DNA from: Pelagomonas calceolata
Lineage: Eukaryota
Reading direction: 5' to 3'
NCBI GenBank assembly: GCA_918797485.1
Contig: CAKKNE010000003.1
Coordinates: forward strand, 3,534,001-3,598,000
DNA length: 64,000 nt
In this document: one piece after another, positions 43,194-54,694 of the stretch
How the letters are laid out: every line of letters starts with the position of its first letter
How positions within the stretch are numbered: position 1 is the stretch's first letter
Translations under genes and position numbers: made by a program
Notes under the pieces: model-generated
Told to the model about the DNA's origin: nothing
Databases searched by the model: none
The model's input: the letters and a program-made list of their open reading frames with translations, nothing else

Positions 43194-43449
43194 GGCTGGT
43201 GCAAGAGATCAACTTGCACACCTAGCCATGGAGCAGCTCAGTTCTCCCTACGATTGCGCGGCGGAGCTCGGCCGTGAACGGATGGCGCCTCTCGATGACA
43301 CCGCGCGCGCGGGCAGCGTCGGCGCGTGGTTTTAGAGCCTAATAGAGGGTTCGCAGCACAAAAAAATCAGGGGCATAGGCCGAGCCCCGCACGAAGCGCG
43401 TCGACGCGCGTGGATTGCCCAGAAGCAGGAGCAGGCAGACTTAATCGTC

Positions 43450-44742
43450 TTAAGCATCCCCCGGCGGCAACGCCTCCAGCGCCTTGCGGGTGGACTCGAG
43501 GTCGCCATACGTCGCCTCGACCGTGGTCCCTAAAACACTCACCCGGTGTGTCTTCGTTGCAAATCTAGCAACCTTATCGAAGACTTCCGCAGTAACATCG
43601 AGTTCTTCCATAAGTTTCTCCTTCTTGGCGCGGTCGCTGAGCACGGCTCGCGCATGTCGCAGGGATTGTTCCATCCCCATAGCGGTCGGATGTCCGCCAC
43701 CGAGCACGCGCCTTGCGGCCCGCTCCGCTTCCTCGATCGTCTCCACGGCCTCGCGGATATCGTCGAGTGAGGCGTCGGGGTCTCTGTAGAGCGCCACAGC
43801 GTAATTCCACCGCATCCTGAGCGTGGTACTATCACTTTCTCCGAGAACGCGTCGCGCCACTGGCATCGTCTTGCGCAACAGAGACCTAGCTTCTTCGAAG
43901 CGCTCTAGACGATCAAGGGAGCACGCGAGGTTGCTGGCTTCTAAGAGAGTCGTTTCATGTTCCTCGCCTTTGAGCCTCAACCAGCCAGAATATACGTCTC
44001 GCCGCATCGACAGGACCTCTTCGAGCCGTCCAAGCGCTTCATACGCGCCCGCAAGATTGCCCTGCACGGCAAGCATGCTGCCTTCTGACTCGCCGATGCG
44101 CCGCCGCATAGAAAACTCGGCCTCTCTCACGGACAACGCGTCCCCGTTGTGTCCCGCAGCGGACAGACCGCTCCCAAGATTCTCCATCGCAAGTCTCCGA
44201 GCCACGGCCGTCTCCGGCCGCCCCACGTACGTCTTCCAGCAGGCCCACCCGAGCGCGCACGAAACGACGCCGTGGTAGTGTTGCTCGCACAGGCTACACG
44301 CGCGCCACCGATTCCACCTCTCCTGCAACGCTTTGCCGTCCAAATTGTTCTCCTCGGCCTCGTCCCACAAAATCTTCGCCTCCTCCGCCAAGCACGACAC
44401 GTGCGCGAAGCCCGCCGTCCCGCGGCACGAGCACCCGCGCACGAGGCCTTCCTTCGTTTTCCAATGCAAGGCCTGCGTGCAGATGTAGCACGTCTGACCC
44501 TTCGTGTCCTCGGCGCACGCCTCCGCCGCGACCGCGACTGCCTCCGAGTACTTGTTATTTGCATAGTACTGCTCAGCGCCACCAGCCCTTTTAATCTTCT
44601 TACAGAGCTGGTCGTGGCCGCGCTCTTGCCAGTGCTGCACCTGGCAGGCTGCCCCGCAGTAGCGCGTGCTGCAGCGGCCGCATTTCTTGCCCCTGGTTAA
44701 GCCAAGGTCGGTGGCGCAGACGGCGCAGTACGTGAGGATCAT
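43450..44742 (-). CDS. MYND-like + RINGv + TPR protein (paralog 2, extra C-terminal tail)
   Basis: N-terminal half nearly identical to 36112..37230. Start MILTYC at ATG 44742. Confidence 0.85.
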   Translation of the reverse strand: MILTYCAVCATDLGLTRGKKCGRCSTRYCGAACQVQHWQERGHDQLCKKIKRAGGAEQYYANNKYSEAVAVAAEACAEDTKGQTCYICTQALHWKTKEGLVRGCSCRGTAGFAHVSCLAEEAKILWDEAEENNLDGKALQERWNRWRACSLCEQHYHGVVSCALGWACWKTYVGRPETAVARRLAMENLGSGLSAAGHNGDALSVREAEFSMRRRIGESEGSMLAVQGNLAGAYEALGRLEEVLSMRRDVYSGWLRLKGEEHETTLLEASNLACSLDRLERFEEARSLLRKTMPVARRVLGESDSTTLRMRWNYAVALYRDPDASLDDIREAVETIEEAERAARRVLGGGHPTAMGMEQSLRHARAVLSDRAKKEKLMEELDVTAEVFDKVARFATKTHRVSVLGTTVEATYGDLESTRKALEALPPGDA

Positions 44743-44928
44743 CTTGTGTGTGGTCAAGTCGCTCGGGGGGCAGCCCTTCCAAGCTTTGGCTGGCCAAGCC
44801 AAGCCGGCATTCCTAGTGCCTTGCTGCAGCTAGCTACCGGCTCGCGCCCACGACATGGTCGGCCGGCGCCCACGCCGTCGCCGCGGTCAAATAATACTTT
44901 GTACTTGGGTCTTAGGCTCGGGGACGTC

Positions 44929-45681
44929 TCAGGGCGGCGGCACGACGCGCCGCGCCGGCCCCGCCGGGAACGCCTTGGCCCGGACCGTCCACGCAAACGC
45001 GGGAGACCGCGGCGGCGGCGGCGGCGGCAGCTTGTGCACGACGCCGCGCGCCGCCGCGAGGAACCGCGCGACCGAATCGAGGCGCGCCGCGCGCGACGTC
45101 GTCGCCGGCGCGACGCCCCGAACCGAAGCCCAGCGCGGCGGTCGCATAGGTCTCCTCGTTTGTACAGACCAGGCGAACTTCGCCTTTGCACGGACGGGCT
45201 CTGTCACTGGCGCCTTCGCCGCGTGGACGAGCGACGACCCGGCCGACGCGCTCGCCGCGACGACGACGGCCAGGACGCACGCGCGCACGGCCAATCGAAG
45301 ACCGCGCTGCGCCGTCGTGTTCGGCGGCGGCGACAGATTTGATAGGAGCTCATGGGACGCGGCGACGTCGGCCTCGTCCGTCGCTTCCGTCGTCGGCAGC
45401 GGCGTCGCTGTTTCCGCGTGGTCCGCAACGAACGAAAACGGTGTCTGAGGCGTCGCGAGCGGCCGCGCCTCAACTTTAGCCTCCGGGCGCGGTAATGCTG
45501 GCCGCTTCGGCAGCGCCGCCGGCGGCGTCGGCGGCACGGCGACGGCGACGGGCGTCGACGGCCGGTTCGTGAGGTCGCCGAGCGCGCGCCGCGGCGGCCT
45601 CTTCTTCGTTGCTTTAGCGGCGAGGACGTCCTGCATGGCCCGGCCCTGCATGCACTCGAGCCACATCTCGTCGACGTACAT
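44929..45681 (-). CDS. Hypothetical Pro/Ala-rich protein with D-box-like motif and one TM segment
   Basis: RRALGDLTN (RxxLxxxxN) and hydrophobic AVRACVLAVVVAA. The start is uncertain. Confidence 0.45.
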   Translation of the reverse strand: MYVDEMWLECMQGRAMQDVLAAKATKKRPPRRALGDLTNRPSTPVAVAVPPTPPAALPKRPALPRPEAKVEARPLATPQTPFSFVADHAETATPLPTTEATDEADVAASHELLSNLSPPPNTTAQRGLRLAVRACVLAVVVAASASAGSSLVHAAKAPVTEPVRAKAKFAWSVQTRRPMRPPRWASVRGVAPATTSRAARLDSVARFLAAARGVVHKLPPPPPPRSPAFAWTVRAKAFPAGPARRVVPPP

Positions 45682-46054
45682 TCACCGTTCGCGCAGCACC
45701 GGTATGTTTCGCCTTGTGCTCGGCCCACCGGCTGTTTCGCTTCAAGCGACGCGCAGCGCAAGGAGGGCACGTTAGCGGCGGGCTGCGAAGCTGGTCAGCT
45801 GGTCGTTTGCGCTCCGGCGTGGCCAGCGCGCTGGCTTCGTCGCGTCGAGCTGTGAAGCAAACGGGTTTCGCAACCTGGCCCCGATCAGTCCCAGACCTCT
45901 CGGCCCGAGCATCGGACCGCATCCACCTCCCCGACACGCGTCGGAAGCCTCCCGCGCCGCGACGGCCAAATCCCGAAATAAACGGGTTCCTGGTGCATCT
46001 GCACGCGCGCGCGCCCAAACGCCGCCGGGCAGCCCCAAATCCATCGCATAGATC

Positions 46055-47088
46055 ATGGAGGACGAGGTCAAGGAGCCCTCCTCACCCATGGAGCCCGCCA
46101 GCCCCCAGGAGGGCCACACCAGGGAAGACACTTCGGCAGCAGTCGAATCGGTGCTGCAAAGGGCCGCCGAGCAGGCGCAACGAAGCACGACCAAGAAGCG
46201 GTACGGCCCGAAGGACGCCTACAACGTCTCCGTCGCGTCGCTGATTCTCACAGTTTGCGCGTTCTGCGCGGGCCTCGCAATCAGCATCCACAGTTCATCC
46301 TCAGCCGCTCTGGGGTATGCCCTCGAGAACGGTGTGGATGCCATCGGCTCCGTGCTGGTGCTGTGGCGCTTCTGGGGCGCCGGTGTCGTGTCCGAGGCGC
46401 AATTGGAGTTACGAGAAAAGCGCGCCGACGTGGGCATCGCTCTGATGTTCGTGCTGCTGGGTTGGCTGGTGCGCCCGCGGCGTCCCTTCACGCCATCGAC
46501 GCGACTCGTGTCCATCTCACGATGACGTGGGTGGTGCTCTAGTCCAATTTTGAGCCGATTCGGACCGCGTCGAGACCGCGATGCTCCGCGCAGGTGGCCA
46601 TCAACGGCATGGCGACGCTCGCATCGCACGAGGAGGCGGACAACCACTCGTTCTTGCTCGGGTTGTCCGTGCCGTCGGCGTTTCTCTTTGGTTTTCTTGG
46701 ATTTTATAAACTAAGAATAGCTCACGAAGTCGACTCGATGGCGCTGCGCAAGGACGGCTTCTGTTCACTAGCGGGGGCTTGTTTGAGTTGCGGCGTGCTC
46801 ATCGGGTACTTTCTGATGGTCGAGGCCGGGATTTGGTGGGCAGATGGGGTCGTCGCAATGATTGTTGGATTGGTATTGGTCGTGGCCGGTGCGGTGTCTC
46901 TGAAGAAGAATGTGGCACTGAGGTGGTGGTCGCGCCAGTTCTGGGTCACGGAGGCGTCTCGGGCCGCCACCAAAAGACGAGCAAGGGCCGAGATGAGTGA
47001 CCTGTCGGATTCTAGGGTGGACGCTCTGTCGCAAAAAGTGGAAGCGGCGCGGTCCGGGATCGTGGTGGGGGACAGTAACTTGGTCTAG
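46055..47088 (+). CDS. TMEM163-like cation (Zn) efflux family protein (intron 46469-46593)
   Basis: SSAALGYALENGVDAIGSVLVLWRF, REKRA, SMALRKDG, WWADG. A phase-0 GT-AG intron joins ORFs 46055 and 46594. Confidence 0.85.
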
Positions 47089-47360
47089 TTTGTGCATCGT
47101 CTTGTTGTACGGGTTTTGGGAGCTTTTGGCCAGGTACGCTCGGTTTTTACTTGCTAGTGCCTTACCGCTAGCTCGCACATAGCTCGCACACACGACGCGC
47201 GCGCGCTTTGGCGCATTGATGCGAATTGGTTGGGCCTGACTTCGCAGAATACTCGAAATTTGAATATCTCGCGGCTGGCGCAGCGCGAGGCCGCGCGGAA
47301 TCGCTGTGGAAGGCGCCCAGCCAGCCTCTTCAAAGAGCTTTGGCCAGCAGCTACTGAACA

Positions 47361-48461
47361 CGCGCCGCCTGCGCCGAGCCTATAGAGCACGACGCCTCGG
47401 CGAGATGCGTGGGGTGTCAGACTCGATACTGCAGCGATCGATGCCTCCGCTACCACGCGCACCGCGGCGGCCACGACGACGAGTGTGAGGAGATCGCCAA
47501 TGGCGGCGGCGCCGAACAACACCACGCCAACAAGAAATACGAGGAGGCCGTCGCGGACGCGGTCGAAGAGTGCGCGGAGGACACGGACGGCCAGACGTGC
47601 TACATCTGTCTGGAGGACGGCTCGGAGGAAGGCCTCGTGCGCGGGTGCTCGTGCCGCGGGGGGGCGGGCTTCGCGCACGTGTCGTGCTTGGCGCGGCAGG
47701 CGAAGATCTTAGTGGAGGATGCCGAGGAGAGGGATTTGGACGACGACGCGTTCGATGCGAGGTGGCGGCGGTGGGATACGTGCCGCCTGTGCGAGCAAGA
47801 CTACCACGGCGTCGTGTCTTGTGCGCTCGGGTGGGCGTGCTGGAAGACGTATGTGGGTCGGCCGGAGGCGGATGATGCTCGGCCATGGGCGATGACTGTG
47901 CTCGGGAACGGTTTATACGCTGCAAGCCACTTCGAGGATGCGTTATCTGTGAGAGAGGCCCTGTTATCTACGATGCGGCGCATTGGCGCCGATGAAGATA
48001 TATTGCTAGACGCGCAGAGCAATGTTGCGAGCGCGTATGCAGATCTTGGTCAACTTGAGAAGGCCCTAAGCATGGAGCGAGACATATACTCCGACAGTGT
48101 GCAGCTCCTTGGCGAGGATCACCTAGACACTTCCATATCAGCCAACAACTTAGCTCGCACGCTTTGCGAGCTAAGTCGCTTCGAAGAAACTAAGACGTTG
48201 CTGCGCAAAACGATACCTGTGGCGCGACGCACCCTCGGAGAGATTAAGGACACGACGCTCACGATGAGAAAGACTTTCGCGGAGGCGCTCTACAGAGACC
48301 CCGGCGCCACGCTCGCCGATCTTCGCGAGGCCGTGACGACGCTCGAGGACACGGAACGGACCGCGCGGCGTGTGTTTGGTGACGCGCACCCAATTACAGA
48401 AGGGACAGAGGACGAATTGCAAGACGCGCGAGCCGCGCTCTACGCCCGCGGGTTGCCCTGA
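47361..48461 (+). pseudogene. MYND-like + RINGv + TPR paralog 3, start codon lost
   Basis: Colinear with 48706..49809 from AACAEPIEHDAS, but the MILTTC start is replaced by an in-frame TGA at 47355 with no ATG. Confidence 0.65.
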
Positions 48462-48705
48462 GCACTCACTAAGTGTTTGTTTAGACTTTCCACTGGAATC
48501 CTCGGTTCGAGCCGCGTCGACGACGTCGTGCTGCATCACTTCGCGCGGGCGCGTCTCCCAACAAAACGGGTTTTCCAGGCCATCACCGGCGCGCACCCGC
48601 TCTAAGTAGCAAGCGTCGACAGACGACGCCCAATCGAACGCAAATTATCAAAGCGCTGGAGAGCGGTCGGATCTCTGGTGCTCAAGCCCCCAAATCAAAG
48701 TCAAA

Positions 48706-49809
48706 ATGATTTTGACCACCTGCGCCGCCTGCGCCAAGCCTATAGAGCACGACGCCTCGTCGAGATGCGTGGCCTGCGAAACGAGATACTGCAGTGACCG
48801 CTGTTTACGTTACCACGCGCACCGCGGCGGCCACGACGACGAGTGTGCGGAGATCGCAAGCGGCGGCGGCGCCGAACAACACCACGCCGGCAAGAAATAC
48901 GAGGAGGCCGTCTCGGACGCGGTCGAGGAGTGTGCGGAGGACACGGAAGGCCAGACGTGCTTTATTTGTATGGACGGCGACGCGGAGGAGGGCCTCGTGC
49001 GCGGCTGCTCGTGCCGCGGGGCGTCCGGTTTCGTGCACGTGTCGTGCTTGGCGCGGCAAGCGAAGATTTTGGTCGAGGAGGCCGACGAGAGGGATTTGGA
49101 TGATAACCAGTGGCATCGGTGGTACAAGTGTAGCCTGTGCGAGCAACAGTACCATGGTGTCGTGCGGAGTGCGCTCAGTTGGGCGTGCTGGAAAACGTAT
49201 TTGGGCCGACCGGAGGCGGACTGGGCTCGGACTTGCGCGATGACACAGCTTGGGAACGCTTTACACGATGCAAAACACTACGAGGAGGCATTGTCCGTGA
49301 AAGAGGCTGTGTTGTCTATGCAGCAGCGCCTTGGCGCGTCAGAAAAAAACGTGCTCATCACGCAGGGCAATCTTGCGTGTACGTATGAATTAGTTGGACG
49401 GCTTGAAGAGGCCCTGAGCATGGAACGAGACGTATACTCTGGACGGTTGAGGCTCAATGGCGAAGAACATATCCACACCCTCATGGCAGCCAACAACTAC
49501 GCGAATGGCCTTCTTACTCTACAGCGCTACGCAGAAGCAAAGGCGCTGATGCGCAAAACGATACCCCTGGCGCGCCGCGTCCTTGGTGAAAGTGACACAC
49601 TCAATTTCAAGATGAGGAAGATTTGCGCGACGGCGCTCTACGAGGACCCCGCCGCCACGCGCGGCGATCTCCGCGAGGCCACGACGACGCTCGAGGATTT
49701 AGAACGGACTACGCGGCGCGTGCTCGGTGGCGCGCACCCGCTTGTACTGGCGATTGAACGAAATCTCGACGAGTCGCGAGACGCGCTCTACGCCCGCGGG
49801 CTGCCCTGA
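48706..49809 (+). CDS. MYND-like + RINGv + TPR protein (paralog 4)
   Basis: Same architecture. Tandem with paralog 3, with which it shares the C-terminal ALYARGLP*. Confidence 0.85.
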   Translation: MILTTCAACAKPIEHDASSRCVACETRYCSDRCLRYHAHRGGHDDECAEIASGGGAEQHHAGKKYEEAVSDAVEECAEDTEGQTCFICMDGDAEEGLVRGCSCRGASGFVHVSCLARQAKILVEEADERDLDDNQWHRWYKCSLCEQQYHGVVRSALSWACWKTYLGRPEADWARTCAMTQLGNALHDAKHYEEALSVKEAVLSMQQRLGASEKNVLITQGNLACTYELVGRLEEALSMERDVYSGRLRLNGEEHIHTLMAANNYANGLLTLQRYAEAKALMRKTIPLARRVLGESDTLNFKMRKICATALYEDPAATRGDLREATTTLEDLERTTRRVLGGAHPLVLAIERNLDESRDALYARGLP

Positions 49810-49833
49810 GTAACTACTTCGGTACTATACTTA

Positions 49834-52800
49834 CTAAAGCCACGCCGACTGCGCGTCGACGCTCCGCAGCGTCTGGAGCACCGTAGCTCTATCAGTACCA
49901 ACAGCTAACGCCAGGTCCCGCTGTAACGGCCGAGGCAGCGAGCAGTACCGGAACAGCAACGCGCCGTCCAGAATATTCCTTGAATGTAGCGACGCCAGCC
50001 GGTGCTTGTCCGGATGGACGCCCGCCGCATGCTTCAACGCATTGCCCAACACCCCTTCCAGCGCCCGCAGCCGTCGAAATACTTTTTCGTCACAAGGTAA
50101 AAGGGCGCCGACCTGCCCGTCCAGACCCGCATAGATGCAAGCGAACGCCGCCGCGTCGCTATCGGGGTCCGTCCTCGGGACCGCGTGCCTCGCCAGCGTG
50201 TGGACGTCGCTGTTCACCATGAAGTCGGCTCTGGCCAAAAGTCGCTGACCGCCGCGGTCCGTATCGGATCCAAGAGGTGCATACTGGAGCAGTCTGACGC
50301 GATCCCCATCTCCCACGACGACACCTAAAGCATGCGCGCCGGCCAACTCCCCCGCATCAACAACGAAGTCCGCGCAATACGAACCAGAACCAGACCTCAA
50401 GTCGTGGCCGATGGCCCTTCGCTCATGTGCGTCCGCGTCTTTGGCCAGCGGGTACAACTGCCGGTCGCGGTCGCGCCAGAAGAGTAACGTACACGCTTGG
50501 TAGACGTCCGCATAAATCACGTACGTCTTCGCGACGCGCAGCGAGACCTGCGTCGCGCGGCCGCCTCCGTACACTCGTGCGACGCGTAGACGCTCTGATG
50601 ATCATGGCGACGGCCTCACGGTGACGTGGTCTCGTGACGACGCCATCGACGCGACCGCGTTCTCTCGGACCCGCCGCGACGGCCCCGACGTCTTCCAGAG
50701 ACTCAAAATCGCAAAAGAGACCACCCACGACCTCGTCTGATCGATGGCGTCGACGCATGATTAGGGACGCCGAGATCGCACGACGTAGTGCGGCGCGTGG
50801 TGCGTCGCGATCTGCTTCATCGCTTTGCCTTCGACGCTGTAAACCTCGACGCGGTTCGCGACGCTCACGATGACGTGCTCCATGACCTGGGCGCACTGGG
50901 AGACGGCGCCGCGCACCTTCTTGGCGTGCGTGAGCGTAAAACGCGGCGCGTGCCCCACGCCGCGGCCCTTGCCTCCTGATCTACTCTTTCTACGGCAGGG
51001 CACGTAGTCCACCTCGAAGAGCAGTATTCTTCCACGACTAGCGGCGTCCTCGCCGTAGGACGTCTCGACGCACGTCCCGACGCACGCGTACGTGTTCCGC
51101 GTCGCGACGTCTCCACTCTTCTTCGCGAGGGCGCAGATGTCCAAACAGACGCCTCGCTCTCCAGCTCCTAAAGGGCACCGTTGCAACGTCCTCCATCCTG
51201 CCGACGTGACTAGTCGCAGCTCGAACGCGTTCGACTGTCTACTAACTGGTGCCCCGCCCATCCTTGAGTCACTCAAACAATCGAGGGGCCATTTTCTGGA
51301 AGTGGTGGGTGGCTCCGTCGACGGCTCGGCGTCGGCGTCGACGACTCTACCCAGCGAGGGGTCTCTGCGAGAGGCACAGAGTAATGCGAAGGCCGGCGCC
51401 GCATCAACACCCTCAGGCGGCGCGTTCAGCGCTCTGATATTGTAGGGCGAGCCGTCCCTGATGGGGGCTTTATGGATGGTCAGCGTCGCTGATGTTGCCG
51501 CTAGTACGAGATTGCCCAGACCGCTACATATAACATTCCTGTCCGAACCGCTCAGGAGAAAGCCCCGATTCGTCGGGAGTGGCACACTTTGCGTAGTCCT
51601 TCTAGGTAACTGAGGAGCATCATCACCAGCTAGGGACTCGATGGACACGACAGAAGTTTTCCCTCTCTCGCAGAGAATCACGGCCGGCCGACTGCAATGC
51701 GCAAACACACCAGAACGACTCTCGACGTCCTCGAAGCACGTCAGCGAGAAGGTCTGAGCTACACCCGGATCAGGCCTTCCTAAAAAGTCGTGGGCGACGC
51801 GGCGCCACTGGCCGTCGTGCTCGTAGACGACGAGGTCGCCTTCTCGGAGTATTAAAACAAGGACCCACCGCCCGAGGGAATCGAGAGCCAGTTTGGGACC
51901 GATGCGGTGCAAAGCCACGCAGGCGCATCTCGGCGTGTCGCCGTCGTCCTCCACACTTCCCAGCACAGCATAGCCCTCCGTACAGCGCTCGTAGCGCGCG
52001 AGCTCGTCACCCTTCATGGAGGACGCGATCAATGCACCGTCCGACGCGACCCCAACGACGGTCTCGACCAACGAGAGCTTTTCTTCTTTGGCGTCCAACA
52101 CGGGGGCGCCATACAAAAACGACCGCTCATCAAACTGAGTCGAGGCGTGCCAGCCCTCACGCTCATTCGTAGATGAGGTGGAACTCCGAGCCCATAAGGA
52201 TACGGGAGCCTTCGCGACGTGCACACAATCACATGCGTCATCCAGTAGAACTTTTCCGAGTTTTATTGACGTCTTCGTCAGGGACAACGCGCGCGTCTTC
52301 CCGTCGCTGCAGCAAGCGACGTAGCCCGTATGGACACCACCAGTGACGCTCTCGATGGCCTTCGCGAACTTCCCGCCTTTCACGGCTTTCCCGTCCTGCA
52401 GCGACTGCCACGTGCCACCTTCATACACGAGATAAACGGCAGAAGAGGCGTCGAGCGGCTCGTCGGCCGCGACGACGCCCAGCAGACTCCCGTGGCACTC
52501 CAACTGCACCTCTTCAAACGTCTGCCCATCAAACAAGCACCAGGAGATGGCCTTGTTGCTTTCGGTGACGACGACGTCGCGAGTTGCCGTTTCTCTTGAA
52601 GTCAGTTCCTTGGACTGGAACGGGCCCTTCCATCTTAGACCGCCGATGAGTGCCGCGAGCTTGCGCTTGAAGTGGCCTAAACAAACGGGTCTCGCGCCTC
52701 GGCCCAAGCAGACGACGTGGCCGCGCGACCCGTCGCCGGCGCCCGGCGCGCAAGCTACTAATTCACTCCGTCTAGACGATCGCGCTTCGCGCGCCGCCTT

Positions 52801-54223
52801 CCGGGCGTCGCCCTCCCTCTGGGGCTGGAAGGGCCACCGGTGAGCCGTTCGAGCGCCGAAGGTAGCATCAGTCAGACTACCGAGCGCGACGACGGCGTCG
52901 GCCGCCGTGAGTTGTAATGATGCAGCGCCTTCAGACAATTTGCCGTAGAGACCCTCCTCGGTCTTGCGCTTCTTGGACGCGTCCCTCGATACTTTAACGT
53001 CGCACAGCACGCCTGCGCGAATCGCGGTCTCGACGCGGTCCGAAACGGCTCAAAATCGAAAACGAGACCAGCCGCGGCCTCCTCTCCCGGAGTCGACGCG
53101 CGTCGATGGCGTGAAGGCGCCTCCACACGACGGGACGCCGAGATCCGCCGTCGTCGCAGCCGCCGCCCAAAAAAACTCGCTGTGAATCGGGAGAGCAGCA
53201 GACGACGCGACACGGCGCGGCCGAAGCGAGCGGTCGCAGTTGCGGTGTCTGGGAAACGTCCGCGACCCATAATGAAGCGGCACCGGGCAGTGAGACGAGG
53301 CACAGTCCGTCGGACACTTCGCAGCCGACGCAGCCGGCCGTCGCGTCGATGGCGAGCTTCGGTACATTTGGCCTTACGACGGCGCGGCAGTCCGAAGGCC
53401 CGAAGTCCTCGCCCGCAAACCCATTCAACGCGACGGCGTCGATGGCGCCTCCCGACGACACTTTTGTTAATGTATGTCTAAATAAAACGACGCAGCCACC
53501 TCGTCTGAGCGGGATCAATCCGCGAGGAGCCGCCGCCAATGAATCGACGCGCCACCGCGGATACGAAGATCTTCTGGCAGCGTCCAGGCCTAGGGCTATG
53601 AGAGTTGTCGATGCTGGCTGGTCGCCGCGCGCGTCGGCACAGCACAGGATAACGGTCGGCGGTCCGGACGGCGCAAAGGCCAACAACCTTACCACAACGT
53701 CCTCGGACAGTGCACCATCGATAAAAAACGGTGCCGGCGGCTCACCTGACACTGATCGGGCGGCAGAGTGGATGAGAGGTACCGCAACAACTCGAGCCTG
53801 CGCTCTGACCACGGCTATGCTCGGAGAAGCATCGAGCACGACGGGCCAGGAACGCGGACCGCCCTTGTTCGCCTTCAGAGGATTGAGTTGATAAGGGTCG
53901 TTTGGCACTTGTGCTTCGAGGTCGTAGCGCACCAACGTTCTAGGTTCTCCCTCACAATCATCAATAATGGCGAGCCGCGCCGGCGCGAAGGCGATGACGA
54001 GCGCGTCGCGCTTCAATGACGGGCGCTTCGCGGGAGCACATGCTTCAAGACGGGCCTCGAAGCGCCACACGCGTCGCAGTGCTAACGAACCATTCACGAT
54101 GGCGTACACATGAAGTTCTCTCCCGACGGTCAGCACGAGCTCGTCGTGGTCGCTCGTCACTCTAGACCAGCACGCGGCGTGCGCGGCCGTCGCCGGATGT
54201 AAGACGCGGTGCACGAGGAACAT
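49834..54223 (-). CDS. CPSF1: Cleavage and polyadenylation specificity factor subunit 1 (CPSF160); introns 53013-53148 (GC-AG) and 50548-50781
   Basis: MFLVHRVLHPATA, DALVIAFAPARLAI, CVGT..YGEDAASRGRILLFEV, YADVYQ, GGQRLLARADF, NILDGALL. Splicing joins three ORFs in frame. Confidence 0.88.
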
Positions 54224-54694
54224 GTTCTTTTTGTGTGTGTGTTGCCCGCGGCGTCGCCGTGCGCTGGATGCGCGGGTGTCTCGGGCGCGGGCGCGGCGCG
54301 CGCGTGCGCCGGGCAGCGAGCGGGGGCTTGCAGCCTTTGGCAAGCAGTGCTCTGCGGCGAAGCCTTGCCGATGGATTTGCCGTGTGCAAAGCTATGCAGA
54401 ACAGCAACCAAGCACGTTGGAAGTGTCACAGCTGTCCTGCAGTGCAGTCCTTAGCCTCGGCGCCTGCTTCCTAGTGTGTTACTGGACGCTAGTTGGCAAG
54501 ACGCGGCGCGGCACTGTTTTGGGGGCCCTAGCCGCCCAAATCGGTGGCAGAATTGCTGTTCGCGTATCGCTGCGTTCGCACGCAGCCGCGCCGCGCCCCA
54601 CGCACTCCTGTGGCCGAGGGCTCCGCCTCTCCTCACCTCACTGCTCAGCCGCCGCGCAGCGTACGCCGCGTGACGCCGCCGCTGCGCAGAAACC